Assembly (NCBI RefSeq): GCF_009914755.1
Contig: NC_060928.1
Origin: the human T2T-CHM13v2.0 reference genome, Homo sapiens
Strand: one strand, 5' to 3'
DNA: 64,000 nucleotides
Part shown: positions 43,074 to 58,103 of the stretch, one piece after another
How positions within the stretch are numbered: the first letter of the stretch is position 1
Layout: every line of letters begins with the position of its first letter
Translations under genes and position numbers: made by a program
The notes under the pieces: generated by a model
Told to the model about the DNA's origin: nothing
The model's database searches: none
Seen by the model: only the letters and a program-made list of their open reading frames with translations

Positions 43074-46000
43074 CCAGATACAAGAAAATACATTTTCATT
43101 TATATTTTAATTGATGGTACTGACTTAAAGGTGAGCAGGAAAATTATTTTATAGGGCAGAAAATTGTGAAGAATAAATTTGAGACAGAATTAGAGGCTCA
43201 TAGGAGACAGGAGTAGAATGTGGGGGTTCATTTATTTGCAGGGAATAATTTTGGAAATAGTCTAGTCCATTCATCTCAGCTTTACTAAAGGCATGGAAAC
43301 AGAGACCAAGAGATGCCATTTTTTTTTCTTAGAAGTCTCTTTTATCCTATTATTCTACAGAATAAAAAGTCTTATTCCACTATGGTACCCAGAGTTCTTC
43401 ATAGTCTGATCTCAATTTGTCTTTTCAGCTTCCTGTCCTGTTAATAACTCTTATCCATCCAACCCAACATGGTCTAAGCTTCAAGCCATATTGAACTCAC
43501 CTTCATGGTGACTCTTGATAACTAGACACAGCTTGCTAATTGGGAACCAATCCTCGTGACCACGTTATAGAAGAATTTTAGAGAAACTGGTTGGGGGATT
43601 TGACATTTACACTCCTCCCAGCCCCCCACAAACACACATGACATAGTTGGCTTCTTTATTTCCACCTTTCAGGGCTCTCATCCTCATTCCTGCTTGGGAG
43701 GCAAGCTTATCTGAGTCTTCTACATCATGTTAATCCAAACACAGATTCCTCCATCCTCAGTTTTTAGTTAAGACTTGACTTACCAGCAGCCTTACACCTC
43801 CATTGCTTCTGTCCATACTGGTCTTCATTTGCAGCGTCCTCTCTTCCAGCATTGTGGTAAACCATTCATCTTGTAATACATTGAGCAAAAGTTAAGTCTT
43901 CTTTAACATCACTCTAGACTTTCTAGACAAAGTTCAGTCACAGCCACCTCGGGTTTCTGCTGCACTTGCTACGGTGTTGTGATCTTTATCATACACTTGT
44001 CTGCCTCTTTGGGATTGTAAGTACCATGGAGGCAAGGTTTGTGTCTAATTATCTTTATATCTCCAATGGTTTGGATGGTGACACGTAAACACATAACGGA
44101 CAGCAGAGTATTGCTCACTGACCACTGACACTCACTCAGCTAGCAGCTGGTGCTAGAGCATGAGCCTCTACAGCCTGCTGTGAGCACCACACAAATAACT
44201 GTTGAAAGGAATATGCATTGATGCACAGCATCTGAAGCCATCCTGGGGACTTTTTATTTTTTGGCTAATCTAATCCAGAGTACCCGTCTTTTCTTTTTGG
44301 TAATATCATTTGATGATTTCTGAGTATCCATTTAAAAGTATTTGAAATTTTATCTCACTGTCTTCTGCCTTGAGGGAATTATATTTCATTTCTATATGTT
44401 CTTATTAGGAAAAGAAATATCCCTGCTCTGTGTTAAAAAAAAAAAAAAGGGGGGATTGTGGACGTGGTTTTATGAACTCTAACAAGGAATGGAGACAGAG
44501 TTGTAAACCGAGCCTCAGGAGGAAAGTTAGGATATGGCGTTCTCTCCTCAAAACAGGCTTCTCGCCCATTGGGACCTTGCAGCATGCCAGGCTCCTCCAC
44601 CGTCGAACTGAGTTTGGCCCGGGCTTCGCAAACAAAGGCACAGGGCTTTCTCCAGGTGTGACCAGACACAAACACTGGGGCATTCATAAGGATACCCCCT
44701 TGACTGCTTCCTGCTCTCCACAACCTGCCTTGCCCCACTGGCTCTAGTTACTGCATTCTCTGAAAATATGGGAGCCACAGGTTCCCAAGGAACCCCTGCA
44801 GCCAGTCTGTCCAACAGCCCTGATTTAAGGCCCAGCAAAGAAGGTGACTGAGGTGCTTGTGAGCTTCCCTATAAACCAGGGAGTCCATTTCCCAGCTCAC
44901 AGATCTCACTCTCACCTCCTGTTTCTTCTCTTTTCCACTCAGAGTTTCTTAATGTATGTAAAGAATCTGACACCGCCTCCTTTTTTCTTGTCACACATCA
45001 AGGGTGGATAATGTTTTTCACTTCTTCAGGAGAATTGGCTAAAATTTAAAAAATTTAAGAGTAAGTAATGTAATGGGGATTGATGTCTCCAACATCATGA
45101 GTCTCAGAATGCAATCAGGAAATCAGAGTCACACTCCTCATTGAGTCTCACCTGTCCTAGATGAGCGTCCACCCCTTCCCAAACCTACGGGAGCCCCCTT
45201 GTGTTAGCCCAGAAAGGGAGGAGAAGGAAGAAGAGGATAAAACTGACCTCTGGAAGAGGCGAATATGTGATGTAGAAAGGCTCTTCCGAGCCTTCAGAAA
45301 TAACCATAGCCTCATATATCTCAGTAAAATGTGTTTGCGATTGAAAACCTAACTAGATCACTTGGCAGTTTCTAGATTTAGTCAGCAGGTTGGTATTGGC
45401 CTGGGAGGAGAGGGTGCCATTGAGATACTAAAAGTAAATACCCAGAGTGACTGTCGGCCTCTTCTTGCTCTGAGAACTAATTCAGTTTTTAAACACCAGA
45501 GCATTCAGACATCTGATTTGCATCCCGCTCTCCGGTAAGCAGCATCATAATTTAAAACCCTGCCAGTGGAGATGTATGGGTAGCTGTGTCAGGGAGCACA
45601 GGGGTGGCCGTTAATGCTGTGAGTTACAGCCTGGTGGTACCGTGTCAGAGTTAAGTATGAGAGACCAGTGATAAATTCAGGTTGTCCAGGAGTTCTGGGG
45701 ATAGGAGAGAGAAGAGAAGAGGGTCGGTTTCTCATATTTGAAGTCCTTCTAAATCATTAAGTTGACATTTTATTTAGAGAACACACAGTGTTCATTTTGT
45801 ATGTGGGATCTGCATTCCTCGCATTTTTTATTTTTGCATTCTGAGAGCAGCTTTTGACAGAAGCATCTCACAGCTTGTGGTGGGGCGTTTGAACACTGCA
45901 GGGCTAGAGTTCTCACAGTTGTGATTGTTTAAATTCACTCAAAATCTGTAAGTAAGTGCAGGCTATAGTCAGGGTTCTGGCAGGCCTTTCCAGTTATTTT

Positions 46001-48990
46001 TCAGGTACAGAATCTTGCAGAATGGTGCTGTGGAATGAATAATGATCCTGGCTGGAGCCCCTGCCTGGCCATATGACTAGTAACCTGAGTGCTGTGCGCC
46101 TCAGTCTCCTCGTTTGTAAAATGGAGGTAACAGTTCTCTTCCTAGTTGCCCAGTGGGGTGGCTCTAGAAGTCCAGTGAGATAATCTTCGAAAGAATTTTG
46201 AAATCTCCAAAGTCCTTGAGAATGTCAGTTTCTGGGGAGACCTGAACTCTGCCAGAAAGCCTTTGGAGTCCCTGTTCATCTAGTCACCTCTTTATTAAAG
46301 GTAACTGTTTTTAAAGCAATGATGTGTGTGTCTCTGTATCTATCTAGAGAGAGATATATGTATAATTTCTTCCTGCTTTGAAGACAGTCTCCCACTAAGA
46401 TTTGAAATGTATTCATATTAGACATGTTTGCTTCTGTGTCCAGCATTGGGGAGAGATGAATCAGATAAAATATGACTTCAGGCTTGTCTACCCCTAATGA
46501 CACTTCCTTTGTGATGTTTAGCCAAGGAATATCACTTGCACAGACATAATTCAGCAGTTATAGACTGTTCAGTCCCTTTCTATATATGCTCCTGCATCTG
46601 ACTCTGAATTCTTTATAGAGGATGTGAAAAACAGGACTTCAGGGACTTCTGAGTATCTGACAGCAACCTCTGAATACCCCTAGGCATCACTAAATGGAGT
46701 CTTTAAAATAAATACTATTTTTCAAAAATTGTACCTAATGAGTATATTTTTAAGTTGTAAAAACAAAATAACAGTGACATTAATAAAACTTTTTTTTTAA
46801 CTCTCATGATGCAGACAGTTAGGAATTTGTGCTTATAACATTCTTATCACTGTAATTACTTAGGAAATTTCTTTCCAAAGTCTGGGTTTTGGTAAAAGCA
46901 TTATAAATTCTAACTATAATTAGATTGTTCTTGTTAATGTTTACATTAAACATAATGGGTGGAAAGTTTTCCTAAGACTGTGACGTGACTAAGAATCTGG
47001 AATCCGTTACTTTAGGCTGAATCATTCATATCTTTGAAAACGTTTCTGCTGACTTGTGGGCTGACTCAGAGTTGTAAATATCTATGAGGGACTCAAAATC
47101 CTCATCATTACTCCTGTGGAACTTTAAAGTCATAAAGATATGTGTTAGAGATGTGTATTCAGTATATAAGACTGGAAAACGTTATTCAGATACTAAAGGT
47201 GAAACATATTCTTATTAAATGGATAAGGACATCACAGGTAAGGGAGGTATTTCAGTGCCGTCCTCTTTAAAATGCCTGTAAAACTTGGGGAATTACTGGC
47301 CTGGGAGAGCCCTGCGGTTCTCCATTCTTTTTTACTGATGACTATTTAAATCACTCCCCCTCATTAAGTAGCAGACTAATGGATGATGTTGCTAACATGC
47401 TTATCTTGAAAAAACATCATTTTCTAAATTTTTCTCCTTCTACAGTTAATAGTGGTTGCGATAAATATCTGGTTCGGCAAAATATGAGACAAAGCAAACT
47501 ATGCTTAAAATAGAAAAATAGAAACAGGCATTACAATGAGTATAGACTAGGTCTCTGCAGCAGTTTATTCTCTGAAATTCCATGTTTTCAAAATGGACAT
47601 CCAAGAGACAAATAGACTATACACTCAGGTTCAGGACTGCATGGTGAAACTTGAATTATGCTGTCATACGCACTTGTTTGCTTCCAAAACTATTCACTTA
47701 GAACCTAACTTTCTAAAGTTATATTTATCCCGTAGTTTTGCTTATATATGAAATTATTATGAAACCAACACATGTTCATTGTAAACATTTTAGAAACCAC
47801 TGAGAACTATAAAGAAAATTAAATTAATCCTTCATGCTACCACTTAGAGATAAACTTGTTAACATTTTTGAGTATTTTATATGTAATTTTGCATTTTTTA
47901 ACTCTGCATAATAGTGACTATTTCCCATATGATTAATATATTTGAAAAATGCTTATTAGAAAGTATGTAATATTTTATTATGGTAATGTATCATAGTCAT
48001 TGCCCTATTACCCATTTATGTTGCCCTTAGTTTTTAAAAGTCATAGATAAATTCTGAGATTAGCGTCCTTATATATAACGTTTGGGTCCATCTCTATTCC
48101 CCTAGAGTAGGTTTTGAGAAGTAGACTTATTGGGTCAAAGGTTATAATTGATATAAAGAAATTTGCTATATATTGCTGAATGCTTTCTAGAAAGGTTCTT
48201 TAAGCATAAATAGTCACGTCTCCACCAGCATTTTTAAACCTTTTCCAATGTGATAATTATCTAATCAGCCAGTCCTTCCAGGAAATGGAAGGAACATTTT
48301 TTATTTTTTTACTTTTTATTTTTTCTCATCTGATTACCCACAAGGAAGGAGCATTTATTGAGCCCTGTTCTGAGCTTTGTCTCATTTCACCTTCACACCA
48401 ACTTCACAAGGGAGGTACTGGCATTATCTCACTTCATAGATGAAGAAATGTGCTCAGAGAGGTTATGTGACTTCAGAGGTCACACAACCAGATGTGTGGA
48501 CTTGTTATGGAAGTTCAGGCTGCCTGATCCCAAAGGTCATTTTCTTTCTAAACTTCCAAGGTTTTCCCCTATATCATATTTGTATTTCATCATTGACTGT
48601 CTAGACAACAAGGACCCCATTGCTGCCCCCAATTTTATTTTCTGAACTAAACATGCTAGTGCCGTGGAGATCACCAAGTGCTTTGGTGGACACTTAATAC
48701 ACCATTTCTTGGGCTCTCAAGTACATCACACATAGTAAATGCTAAATAAAGGTCAGTTTCTACCTCCAGGATTAGAGGCCTCTCTCACGCCTATCAGGTA
48801 CACAGCCGCCTACACTCTAACTACTGTGTAAGCAAGCACGTGTGTTCATCGTACTCCTAGGGAAGGAACTTTCTGCAAAAGTGGAAAATATTTTTTCCAA
48901 ATTTCACACAATTGTGCAAAATCTCTGAAGAGAAAAAAATTAGCACTTTAAAGCAACAAAGATGAATCATGGTGTTAGAATCACAAGGAG

Positions 48991-49286
48991 GTGTCGGGCA
49001 CGGTAGCTCATGCCTGTATTCCCAGCACTTTGGGAGGCTGAGGTGGGCAGATCTCACGATCCCAGGAGTTCAAGACCAGCTTGGGCAGTATAAGGAGACC
49101 CCGTCTCTACAAAAAATAAAGAAATTAGCCTAGTGTGGTGGCATGTACCTGTAGTTCCAGCTACTTGTTGGGGGTTCCGTGGGGGAAGGATTACTTCAGC
49201 CCAGAGGTTGAGGCTGCAGTGAGCTGTGGTCACACCACCGCACTCCAGCCTGGGCAACAAAGCGAGACCGTGTCTTCAAAAAAAAA
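48991..49286 (+). mobile_element. AluJ
   Basis: TSD aatcacaaggag (48979-48990, 49287-49298). Confidence 0.9.
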
Positions 49287-49405
49287 AATCACAAGGAGAG
49301 ATTTCATTCGAGTTTAATAGTAAATGTATTTGTGTCCTTTCTGCCTAATTCCAAGAGCCCTCTCACAATTGTTGAGGAAAAAAAAATCTTCTGATTGTTG
49401 GCTGA

Positions 49406-49552
<147 letters not shown>

Positions 49553-49593
49553 TAAGACTTCTGGTGGCCCTGGTTAGTACTTTAACTTTGATG

Positions 49594-49776
49594 AGAAAGG
49601 TCTGTTTTGTTGCTATTGCTGCTTGTGTATACAGTTGGTAAGAAAGGTCTGTTTTGTTGCTATTGCTGCTTGTGTATACAGTTGGTAAGAAAGGTCTGTT
49701 TTGTTGCTATTGCTGCTTGTGTATACAGTTGGTAAGAAAGGTCTGTTTTGTTGCTATTGCTGCTTGTGTATACAGT
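49594..49776 (+). repeat. 47-bp minisatellite, 3.9 identical copies
   Basis: Unit agaaaggtctgttttgttgctattgctgcttgtgtatacagttggta starting at 49594, 49641, 49688, 49735. Confidence 0.98.
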
Positions 49777-50121
49777 GCCTCCTGTGAAGGTGGAGAATGG
49801 AAAGAAGTGAGAGTCTGTTGCCTGCACCATGATTTTGACCTCAGGAAGCAGATTTTATGCTTACCTGGCCAGAGCCCTGGCCTGGACTTGTGTTCTAAGG
49901 CCACTCTTGAGAATATGGCAGTAGTCACCAAGACTGTGGTTAGGTTGGCAGAAACAGATGCCTTTTTCTAAAGTGTGATTCATTCATCTCTATGTGAAAT
50001 GAAATGAATAATTTAACACTAAAATAATCCTTTTCCTAACAAATAAAGGCAATACTCCAGCACCATGGAAGGTTCTTGGGAGCCATCAGTTCTCTCCCCC
50101 TCACCCACTTTGTTTTCCTAG

Positions 50122-50199
50122 CTATGGCCTGAAGGTGGACATTTGGGCAGCTGGTGTGATCACATACATACTTCTCTGTGGATTCCCACCATTCCGAAG
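50122..50199 (+). CDS. DCLK2: DCLK2 exon 12 (78 nt): (G)[25 protein letters not shown]
   Basis: ttttcctag|C TAT ... AG|gtaggc; subdomain IX DIWAAG. Confidence 0.97.
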
Positions 50200-50327
50200 G
50201 TAGGCGGCCTTTTGGGCGACGTATTTGAATTGCAAATGTTCTCCCTTGGGTCCAGAAGCAGGTACTTTGCTCCTGGAAGTCGGGACTGTTTGGTCATTAA
50301 AAATGCCAGTTAAAAATTACATAAAAC

Positions 50328-50513
50328 GGGGGGAGGGGGGAGGGATAGCATTGGAAGATATACCTAATGCTAGATGACGAGTTAGTGGGTGTAGCGCACC
50401 AGCATGGCACATGTATACATATGTAACTAACCTGCACAATGTGCACATGTACCCTAAAACTTAAAATATAATAAAAAAAAAAAAAGAAAAAGAAAAAAAA
50501 AAAATCAGAAAAA
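50328..50513 (+). mobile_element. Severely 5'-truncated young L1 (L1PA2-like) 3' end
   Basis: gctagatgacGAGttagtggg..aacctgcacaatgtgcacatgtaccctaaaactta, AATAAA, poly(A); 16-bp TSD aaaaattacataaaac (50312-50327, 50514-50529). Confidence 0.93.
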
Positions 50514-51339
50514 AAAAATTACATAAAACACCTTTCGCTTTTTAATTTACAGCCTATTAATGTATATTCTCATTAGCATACTTTGGGTGTGAGGTGAAGG
50601 CCTTTGCTTTGTGTTTGGTTGGTCCTCTGAGTTTCCAGTGTTCATTCTTTCATAAAAATAAACCCATAATACAGTGTCTACCATGTCCAATTTCTCCATC
50701 TTTTCAAATGACAGCAAGATTTAAAGAGCCTTGTGAAGCAGTCCGAATCCTTCCAGGTATGTCATCTTCCATTTCTTCATAGTGGTCTCTCTCACTCAAT
50801 TAGGCAGCAGTTTTTATATCCTCTTTCCAAGCATTCAAGTTTGTTCTCATAGAAACAGGATCTCTTTCTTCTTAAAATTCATTTTATTGGTTCATGTGAC
50901 ATTTAATTAAGAATAGAATTACAAACACTTGTGGTATAAATAGGCCTGGGAATACACAGACTGACTGAGTCTTGGTAACCATTTGCTTCACATGGTGGGA
51001 GCAGAGATGGCCACTGACAATGGTCAGAGTATTTGAGCAGGGCACGGGAGCACACTCATTGGCCTGGCAATCTTTGTGCAGGGAATGAGTGAGGGGCTTC
51101 AGCCACAGCTCTTTTGATGAGTTTCATCTCCCCCTCTGGAGCAAATGAATTACTCTGAAGCAGAAGTTCATCTAACCATGCATGTTCTGTTTTCTTCTGA
51201 GTTTTCTTGACCTCTTTTCACTTTAATCTCTTCCCTTTGTTCATTTTGTAACTGTCTAATGAGTAGCTACTGTGTGCCAGGCATGATTTTAAGTGCTAGG
51301 AATAAAGTGGTGAACAAAACCTGAGGTTGTGGTTTCCCT

Positions 51340-51697
51340 TAGTTTATTTGACTAGCCATAACAAAATATCATATACAGTGTGGCTTATAAACACCAGAAA
51401 ATTCATCCTTCCAGTTCTGGAGGTTGAGAATTCCAAGATCAAGGTACTGCAGATTTGGTGACTGTTGAGGGCTCACTTCTTGGTTCATAGACAGCCATCT
51501 CCTCACTCTAACCACATACAGTGGAAAGGGCAAGGGAATCTCTGGGGTCTTTTGTAAGGGCCCTAATCTTATTCATGAGAGCTCCACCCTTAACAATAGC
51601 ATGGCTGCCCAAAGGTCCCATCTCCTACTACCATCACATTGGGCATTAGGTTGCAGCATGTGAATTTTGGGGAGACATGAACATTTAGCCTATGGCA
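51340..51697 (-). mobile_element. MaLR LTR (MLT1A/MST-like)
   Basis: gccataacaaaata..ggcttataaacacc..cagttctggagg..ccaagatcaaggt..tgaattttggggagaca. Confidence 0.75.
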
Positions 51698-53449
51698 TGG
51701 TGTTTATAGTGTTGTACTGGGTCACTATGTGAAAAATGGTTTTATCTTCTTTTCCATCCAACATTTTATTGTGAAAACTTTCAAACATACAGAAAAGTTG
51801 AAAGGATTATCTTTTTAAAATTCTCGGTTTTCCCATTGCGTTGAACAATTTTCTAATTGGCATTGCAGTAAACATAAGACTGACAGATGTTAGTCTCTAC
51901 TTTTGAAAGCCTTATGCTATAGATAAAGACACACCTCACAAGACTATTGATCAAAGAGAATAAGCAGAGCATGAGGGAGTGCTTAGTTCAGGGCTGGAAA
52001 TCACAAGGATGTAGCATTCATGAAAGATGTAGCATTTGAGTGAGACCTTTGTGGTATTAGTGGAGTTTTTGTAGGTGGAAAGATATTTCCATCTGGCCGT
52101 CAACATCGTGGTCTTCCACCAAAGTCATTAACTAGGTGGGTTACACAGACTGTAGAATTACTGTACATTTCAGTTAGCTTTTGCTGAGTAACACACTACC
52201 CCTGAAGTTAGGAGTGTGAAACAATTGCATGGATCAGTTGAGTGAATCTTCTGAGCTGGCTGGCTCAGCAGGGGCTTGATGGTCTAGGATGACCCCACTT
52301 GCACACCTGGTAGGTGGCTCAGTGTCCACTGGGACAAGAGAGATGACTTGGCCCTGTGCTTTCATCATGCAGGGGCTGTCCTGGGCTTCCATGAGAGTGG
52401 ATGCAAGATTCCCCAAAGCAGCCAGAGACAGGGCAAGTTCTGCTCCCCGAGCACTTCCTCAGCCTCTGCTCACCTCACACTTGATGTGCCGTTAAGCAAA
52501 TCAAGTCAAACAGCTAACCCAAGAGTAAATGTGGGAGAAAATGAGCTAAGTATATAGTGGGAAGGGAATAATTTGTGGCCATTTTTAAAGTCACACCGGG
52601 CCTTGGCTGGTCTCAGTGATGTCATGTTTTGGGAGAAGGGGTCAAGTGGAGAAGGGGAATGCATCTTGATGACAGGTGATCCTGGGCCAGTTACAGTGGA
52701 GTTCCCTTCCCTGGCTAACCCAAGCTGGGATCAGCTGGGAAAGGGTCTTGGGTGATGAGTTTGAGCGGACTGTGTGCTCACAACTCCCTCTAGTGTTTGC
52801 AGTTGCTGGTGCAGCCTGAGAGTTTTTTCTTTCACTGCTTTTTACTTTTTAAAAAAAGTGAGACTCAAATTGAAGAGGATGCATTTATCATGGATTGATA
52901 CTGAACGGGGAGCAGCTTTTTTGTGGGGTCTAGAGATAAGTTTAGCTAATCAAAAGCAATAAAGCTACATTCTGAAAGCTGCTGCCCTTATATGCTGCCT
53001 TCAGAAGCAGGTCATAGACCTCCAGGTAGCTTTTAAAAATTAAGACAGCGCTTTCCCTCTTTTATATCATATTGTGATGAAAGAGAATCTGTAATGTTAA
53101 ACGTGTGTTACCAAAGTGTCTTCATGGCATACAGCGACATTCTGGGTAGATTTTATAACCTACTATAATACAGAAATGCATGTCATTAATTACGGACATG
53201 GTACTTTAAATTACGGTAAATAAGTTTGGTATAAAGTAGATTGTCTACATTTGTACTTAAAAGTCCTTCACATATTTCAAATAGTCTCTTTGTTTCATAC
53301 AAAAGACAACTTTAACCCAAAGCATTTAAACTACAATCGTTACTTGGAATTTACAGTTTTAGCTTCTCTGACGATAGCATCTTTCATTCTTTCTTCCTTC
53401 AGGCTTTTCAGGTTTTAGTTGTAGTTTGACATGTGTTCTCTTTCTAGTC

Positions 53450-53957
53450 TTTTTTTTTTCTTTTTTATAGGCAGGATCTTGCTCTGTCACCCAGGCTGGT
53501 GTGATCACAGCCCACTCCAGGCTCAAGGAATCCTCCCACCTCAGCCTCCCAAGTAGCTGGGACTACAAGCACACACCACCATGCCCAGCTTTTTTTTTTT
53601 TTTTTGGTAGAGATAGGGTCTCACTTTGTTGCCCAGTCTGTAAATTTTATTTTTTAATTTTTTTAATTTATTTTTTAAGAGACAGGGTCTCTGTTGACCA
53701 GGCTGGAGTGTAGTGGTGCAATCATAGCTCACTGCAGTCTCCAACTCCTGGCTCAAGCAATCCTCCTCCCTCAGCCTCCTGAGTAGCTGAGACCACATGT
53801 GTGCACCACTATATTGCACTAGTTGTTGAAGTTTTTCGTTGAGATGGGGTCTTGCAGTGTTGCCCAGGCTGGTCTTGAACTCCTAGCCTCAGGCAGTCCT
53901 CCCACTCCAGCCTCTCAAAGTGTTGAGATTATAGGTGTGAGCCGCTGTGCCTGAGCC
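53450..53957 (-). mobile_element. Two tandem antisense AluJ-type elements (first one partial)
   Basis: Two poly(T)-headed Alu units at about 53450-53638 and 53645-53957. Confidence 0.85.
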
Positions 53958-55088
53958 ATTTCCCTCTAGTCTTTTTCAACATCAGATTCATCATTACCGA
54001 GAAGTAGATTGGTTTTTCAGAGGCACCCAAAATTTTAGTTGTTGTCTAAGCAAGTCTGCTCTTAGGGTCACTGACAAAAAGTATTATTTGTGTGACTATA
54101 CTGAAATTTTTGTTTCTCTTAAAACACACACAAAATGCTCCAAGTGGAATGTTTGAACATCATTTGGGAAATAGCTTACAACATTTTCAGGTTTACCTTT
54201 TCTGAATTATAATGCTTTGTCATTGAAAAGAGAGCGTGTGCACAAACTCTTTTGTTGTTTTTCAAGTTTTTCTTAATGGACATTTTTAGACTTACGGCAC
54301 CTTGGTCCAAAGGCTATATTGTTTTAGAATTTAAAAATGCCATGAAGGATCTCAGCCAGATTGTGGAGTATCAATGCGATACCGGATCCAGTGTGGATTT
54401 AATCAGAACAGCTTTTCTTACATGACTGCTAAGAAAGATAAATTAGCTTTCTATTTTTCTAGTGCGGGGCAGGCCCCAACTGTCAAAGCTCTTGCAACTT
54501 ACAGTGGATACTTCAGGGTCCCATTCTCATTGCTGAGACACCCTGTGGTTTTGTTTGTTGACTCAGGGTATTTTGCCAAGAACCAGCTGCTATAAATGAC
54601 TGCTGTGCACACACTTCCAGCTTTTTAGCTATTTATTAACAAAATAAAAGCTGTATACATTAACAAAATATAAGATATTTGAGATTTCAGAAAAAATAAG
54701 GGGGAGTTGAGTGGAATAATAGGTAAGGATGACTAAAAAGAATGATTGTGGAAATAGCTCATTTTAAATATCTTTTTCTAACATCATATGTTGGAGCCCT
54801 CTGGTTTTCTGAAGTTTTCCACTAAATCTAATAATCTTAGATGTATTCTGTACTCACTTTGAAGGAGCAGTAAGCTGAGTTCACTCAGCAGGGAAATAAC
54901 AGTGAAAAGGAAAGAAAACATTTTGACACTAAGAAACGCGTGTGCATTCACAGGAAATCACTCTTTGGGACAGTAGTGGTAATCTCTTTCTCTTGCCTGG
55001 CCCAGTTATCTGTCCTGACTTTCACTCCTCAGTGTGCCTCTTCACCAAACTCTGTGGACCAGTGGGTGTCCATTCAGCTGGGCTTGCT

Positions 55089-56095
<1,007 letters not shown>

Positions 56096-56919
56096 TGAGG
56101 GAGCCATGTCATCACAACAGCCCTAGAATTTATTGCTAGACACTGTCCTGAATGATCTGTTTCTCAGGACACCACGCTTGCCCTTGTTCCCCTTTGAGAG
56201 GGTTGGTAGCAAAACCCTGAAGGCTGGGTGAAGAAATTCCAAGAAAAGTTTGCACACTCGCCGGGTAATACTTAACTTGCACTCCTGGATTTTGAAGTTG
56301 ACTCCAACAGCCCATTCTGAGCTTTCTCATGGGGCCTTGTAATGGCCTGGAAAACTAGTGATGCTGTTCCTCACTCTAGCCATCGATGCACCCAAGTGAG
56401 GGGGCTGTGGAGGTGAGGTTATATGGGAGGTTGGGGACGTCTTCCCCAGTGGTGTTTCCACATTTCCATGACATCATTCATGAGAAGTCAGGTCAGCCTG
56501 TATTCATCAGGCACTAACTGTGTAAGTGCACCTCCGAGGGTGGGTCAGTCAGGCGCAGGTTGGAGGGATGCCCCTGTGAGCTGCTGACATGGGTTTGCCT
56601 CAGCCTGTGCCATTCTGCTTGGCATCTTGGGTTGGCCCTTCCTCTCAGACTGAGCTTAAATGAAAGTCAGTTTCCAAGAGTGAACTAATTATTTCATGAA
56701 TGTTTATCCAGATCCTGAACTCCTTATGACTTTTTCATATGTTGGCTGTTCCACTGATCTTTGGCTGTTAAAGTGCAAAGAAGAAGGGAAAGGAGATCGG
56801 ACTTAGATTTTCTGCCTTTCCTTTCTTGTTGCCATGACAGCTTGAGGGCAGATACTGATTTTTTTCCCCCCAAAATGAGGATTTCCATTATTTGTGGATT
56901 CAAATATTTTCTTGAGTGT

Positions 56920-57080
56920 GTGTGTGTGGTAAATATACATAAGAAAATTGATCATTCTCACCATTTTTAAGCGTACAGTTCAGTACCACTAAATGCATTC
57001 ACATTGTGTGCAAGAATCACCACCGTCCCTTTCCAGAACTTTTCCATCTTCCCAAACCGAAACTCTGCATTCATTAAGCA
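56920..57080 (-). mobile_element. Old L1 (L1MB-like) 3' fragment
   Basis: accatttttaagcgtacagttcagt..attcacattgtgtgcaa..ttccagaacttttccatcttcccaaaccgaaactctg. Confidence 0.75.
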
Positions 57081-57320
57081 AATGTTTGAGTCATTGTCTC
57101 TGTCTCTTTAATTCCTCGGCCTATGGAAATGTTCTTTGGCTCATTATCTAAAAGGAGAAGTTCTGTCATTACAAATGGAATTGAGATACATAATTGAGAT
57201 ACGGAATGCCCAAGTCAAAGCCAGAGACTGGACTCCTTTCCCCGCTCTTCCTGTGGACATTTTGTTGAAAAATTCTACGGTGACTTTGACTTTTCTTCCA
57301 TTTCTTTGTCACTGGCTTAG

Positions 57321-57417
57321 TGAGAACAATCTCCAGGAAGATCTCTTCGACCAGATCTTGGCTGGGAAGCTGGAGTTTCCGGCCCCCTACTGGGATAACA
57401 TCACGGACTCTGCCAAG
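57321..57417 (+). CDS. DCLK2: DCLK2 exon 13 (97 nt): (S)[32 protein letters not shown]
   Basis: ggcttag|T GAG ... AAG|gtaccc (weak donor); phase 2-0. Confidence 0.96.
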
Positions 57418-58022
57418 GTACCCTCCAGGCCTGTTTCTGTGGGTTGTATTACGTTGTGGGGTCCTCACCCATTGCACAGGGCTGTAGCTGCGCTAGGTAT
57501 TGCATTCCAGAAAGCTCCTTGGCTTTTAATGTGTGGTTCTTCTTTTAAGTTTATCCCATGGTATGGTCTCTGAAGTTCTTGGCCAAATTCTTAAAGCTGG
57601 ACTGGCCATCTTTCCAGTTTCCCTCCATCCTCTTGTGCTCCTCTAAGTTCTCAACATCCATTATTTCATTTACTCAAGAAATATGTATTGGGCACCCATC
57701 AGGATACAGGGATGAACTTGTGAAACACACTGAATTGCCAAAAGGAAAAATACTGCAGTTTTAGACTGTGGAATAATAACAATGACCAGAACTCTTAGGT
57801 GAAAACATCTTAGTTTCACATGGACTCAGGAGAGACTGTCTTTTCTTTTGCACTGCTTATAAGGCATTAGGAGAGTAGGTATAATCACGTTTAGGTTTGA
57901 ATCAGTTAGCAGCTGTGCTGGCTCTTCTCTGAAGTGCTTGCCACAAACTCAGATTTCTGTATTTATGCTGGAATTACCTCCTTTCTCCTCCTCTGTGGTC
58001 TGACTTGTTTGTTTATTTGTAG

Positions 58023-58103
58023 GAATTAATCAGTCAAATGCTTCAGGTAAATGTTGAAGCTCGGTGTACCGCGGGACAAATCCTGAGTCACCCCTGGGTG
58101 TCA
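58023..58103 (+). CDS. DCLK2: DCLK2 exon 14 (81 nt): ELISQMLQVNVEARCTAGQILSHPWVS, kinase C-terminal end
   Basis: tttgtag|GAA ... TCA|gtaagt; subdomain XI Arg and HPW. Confidence 0.96.

Noticed and set aside
49594-49776. Regular repeat that might suggest a CRISPR-like array
   Set aside because: Head-to-tail identical units with no unique spacers, in human intronic DNA; it is a minisatellite.
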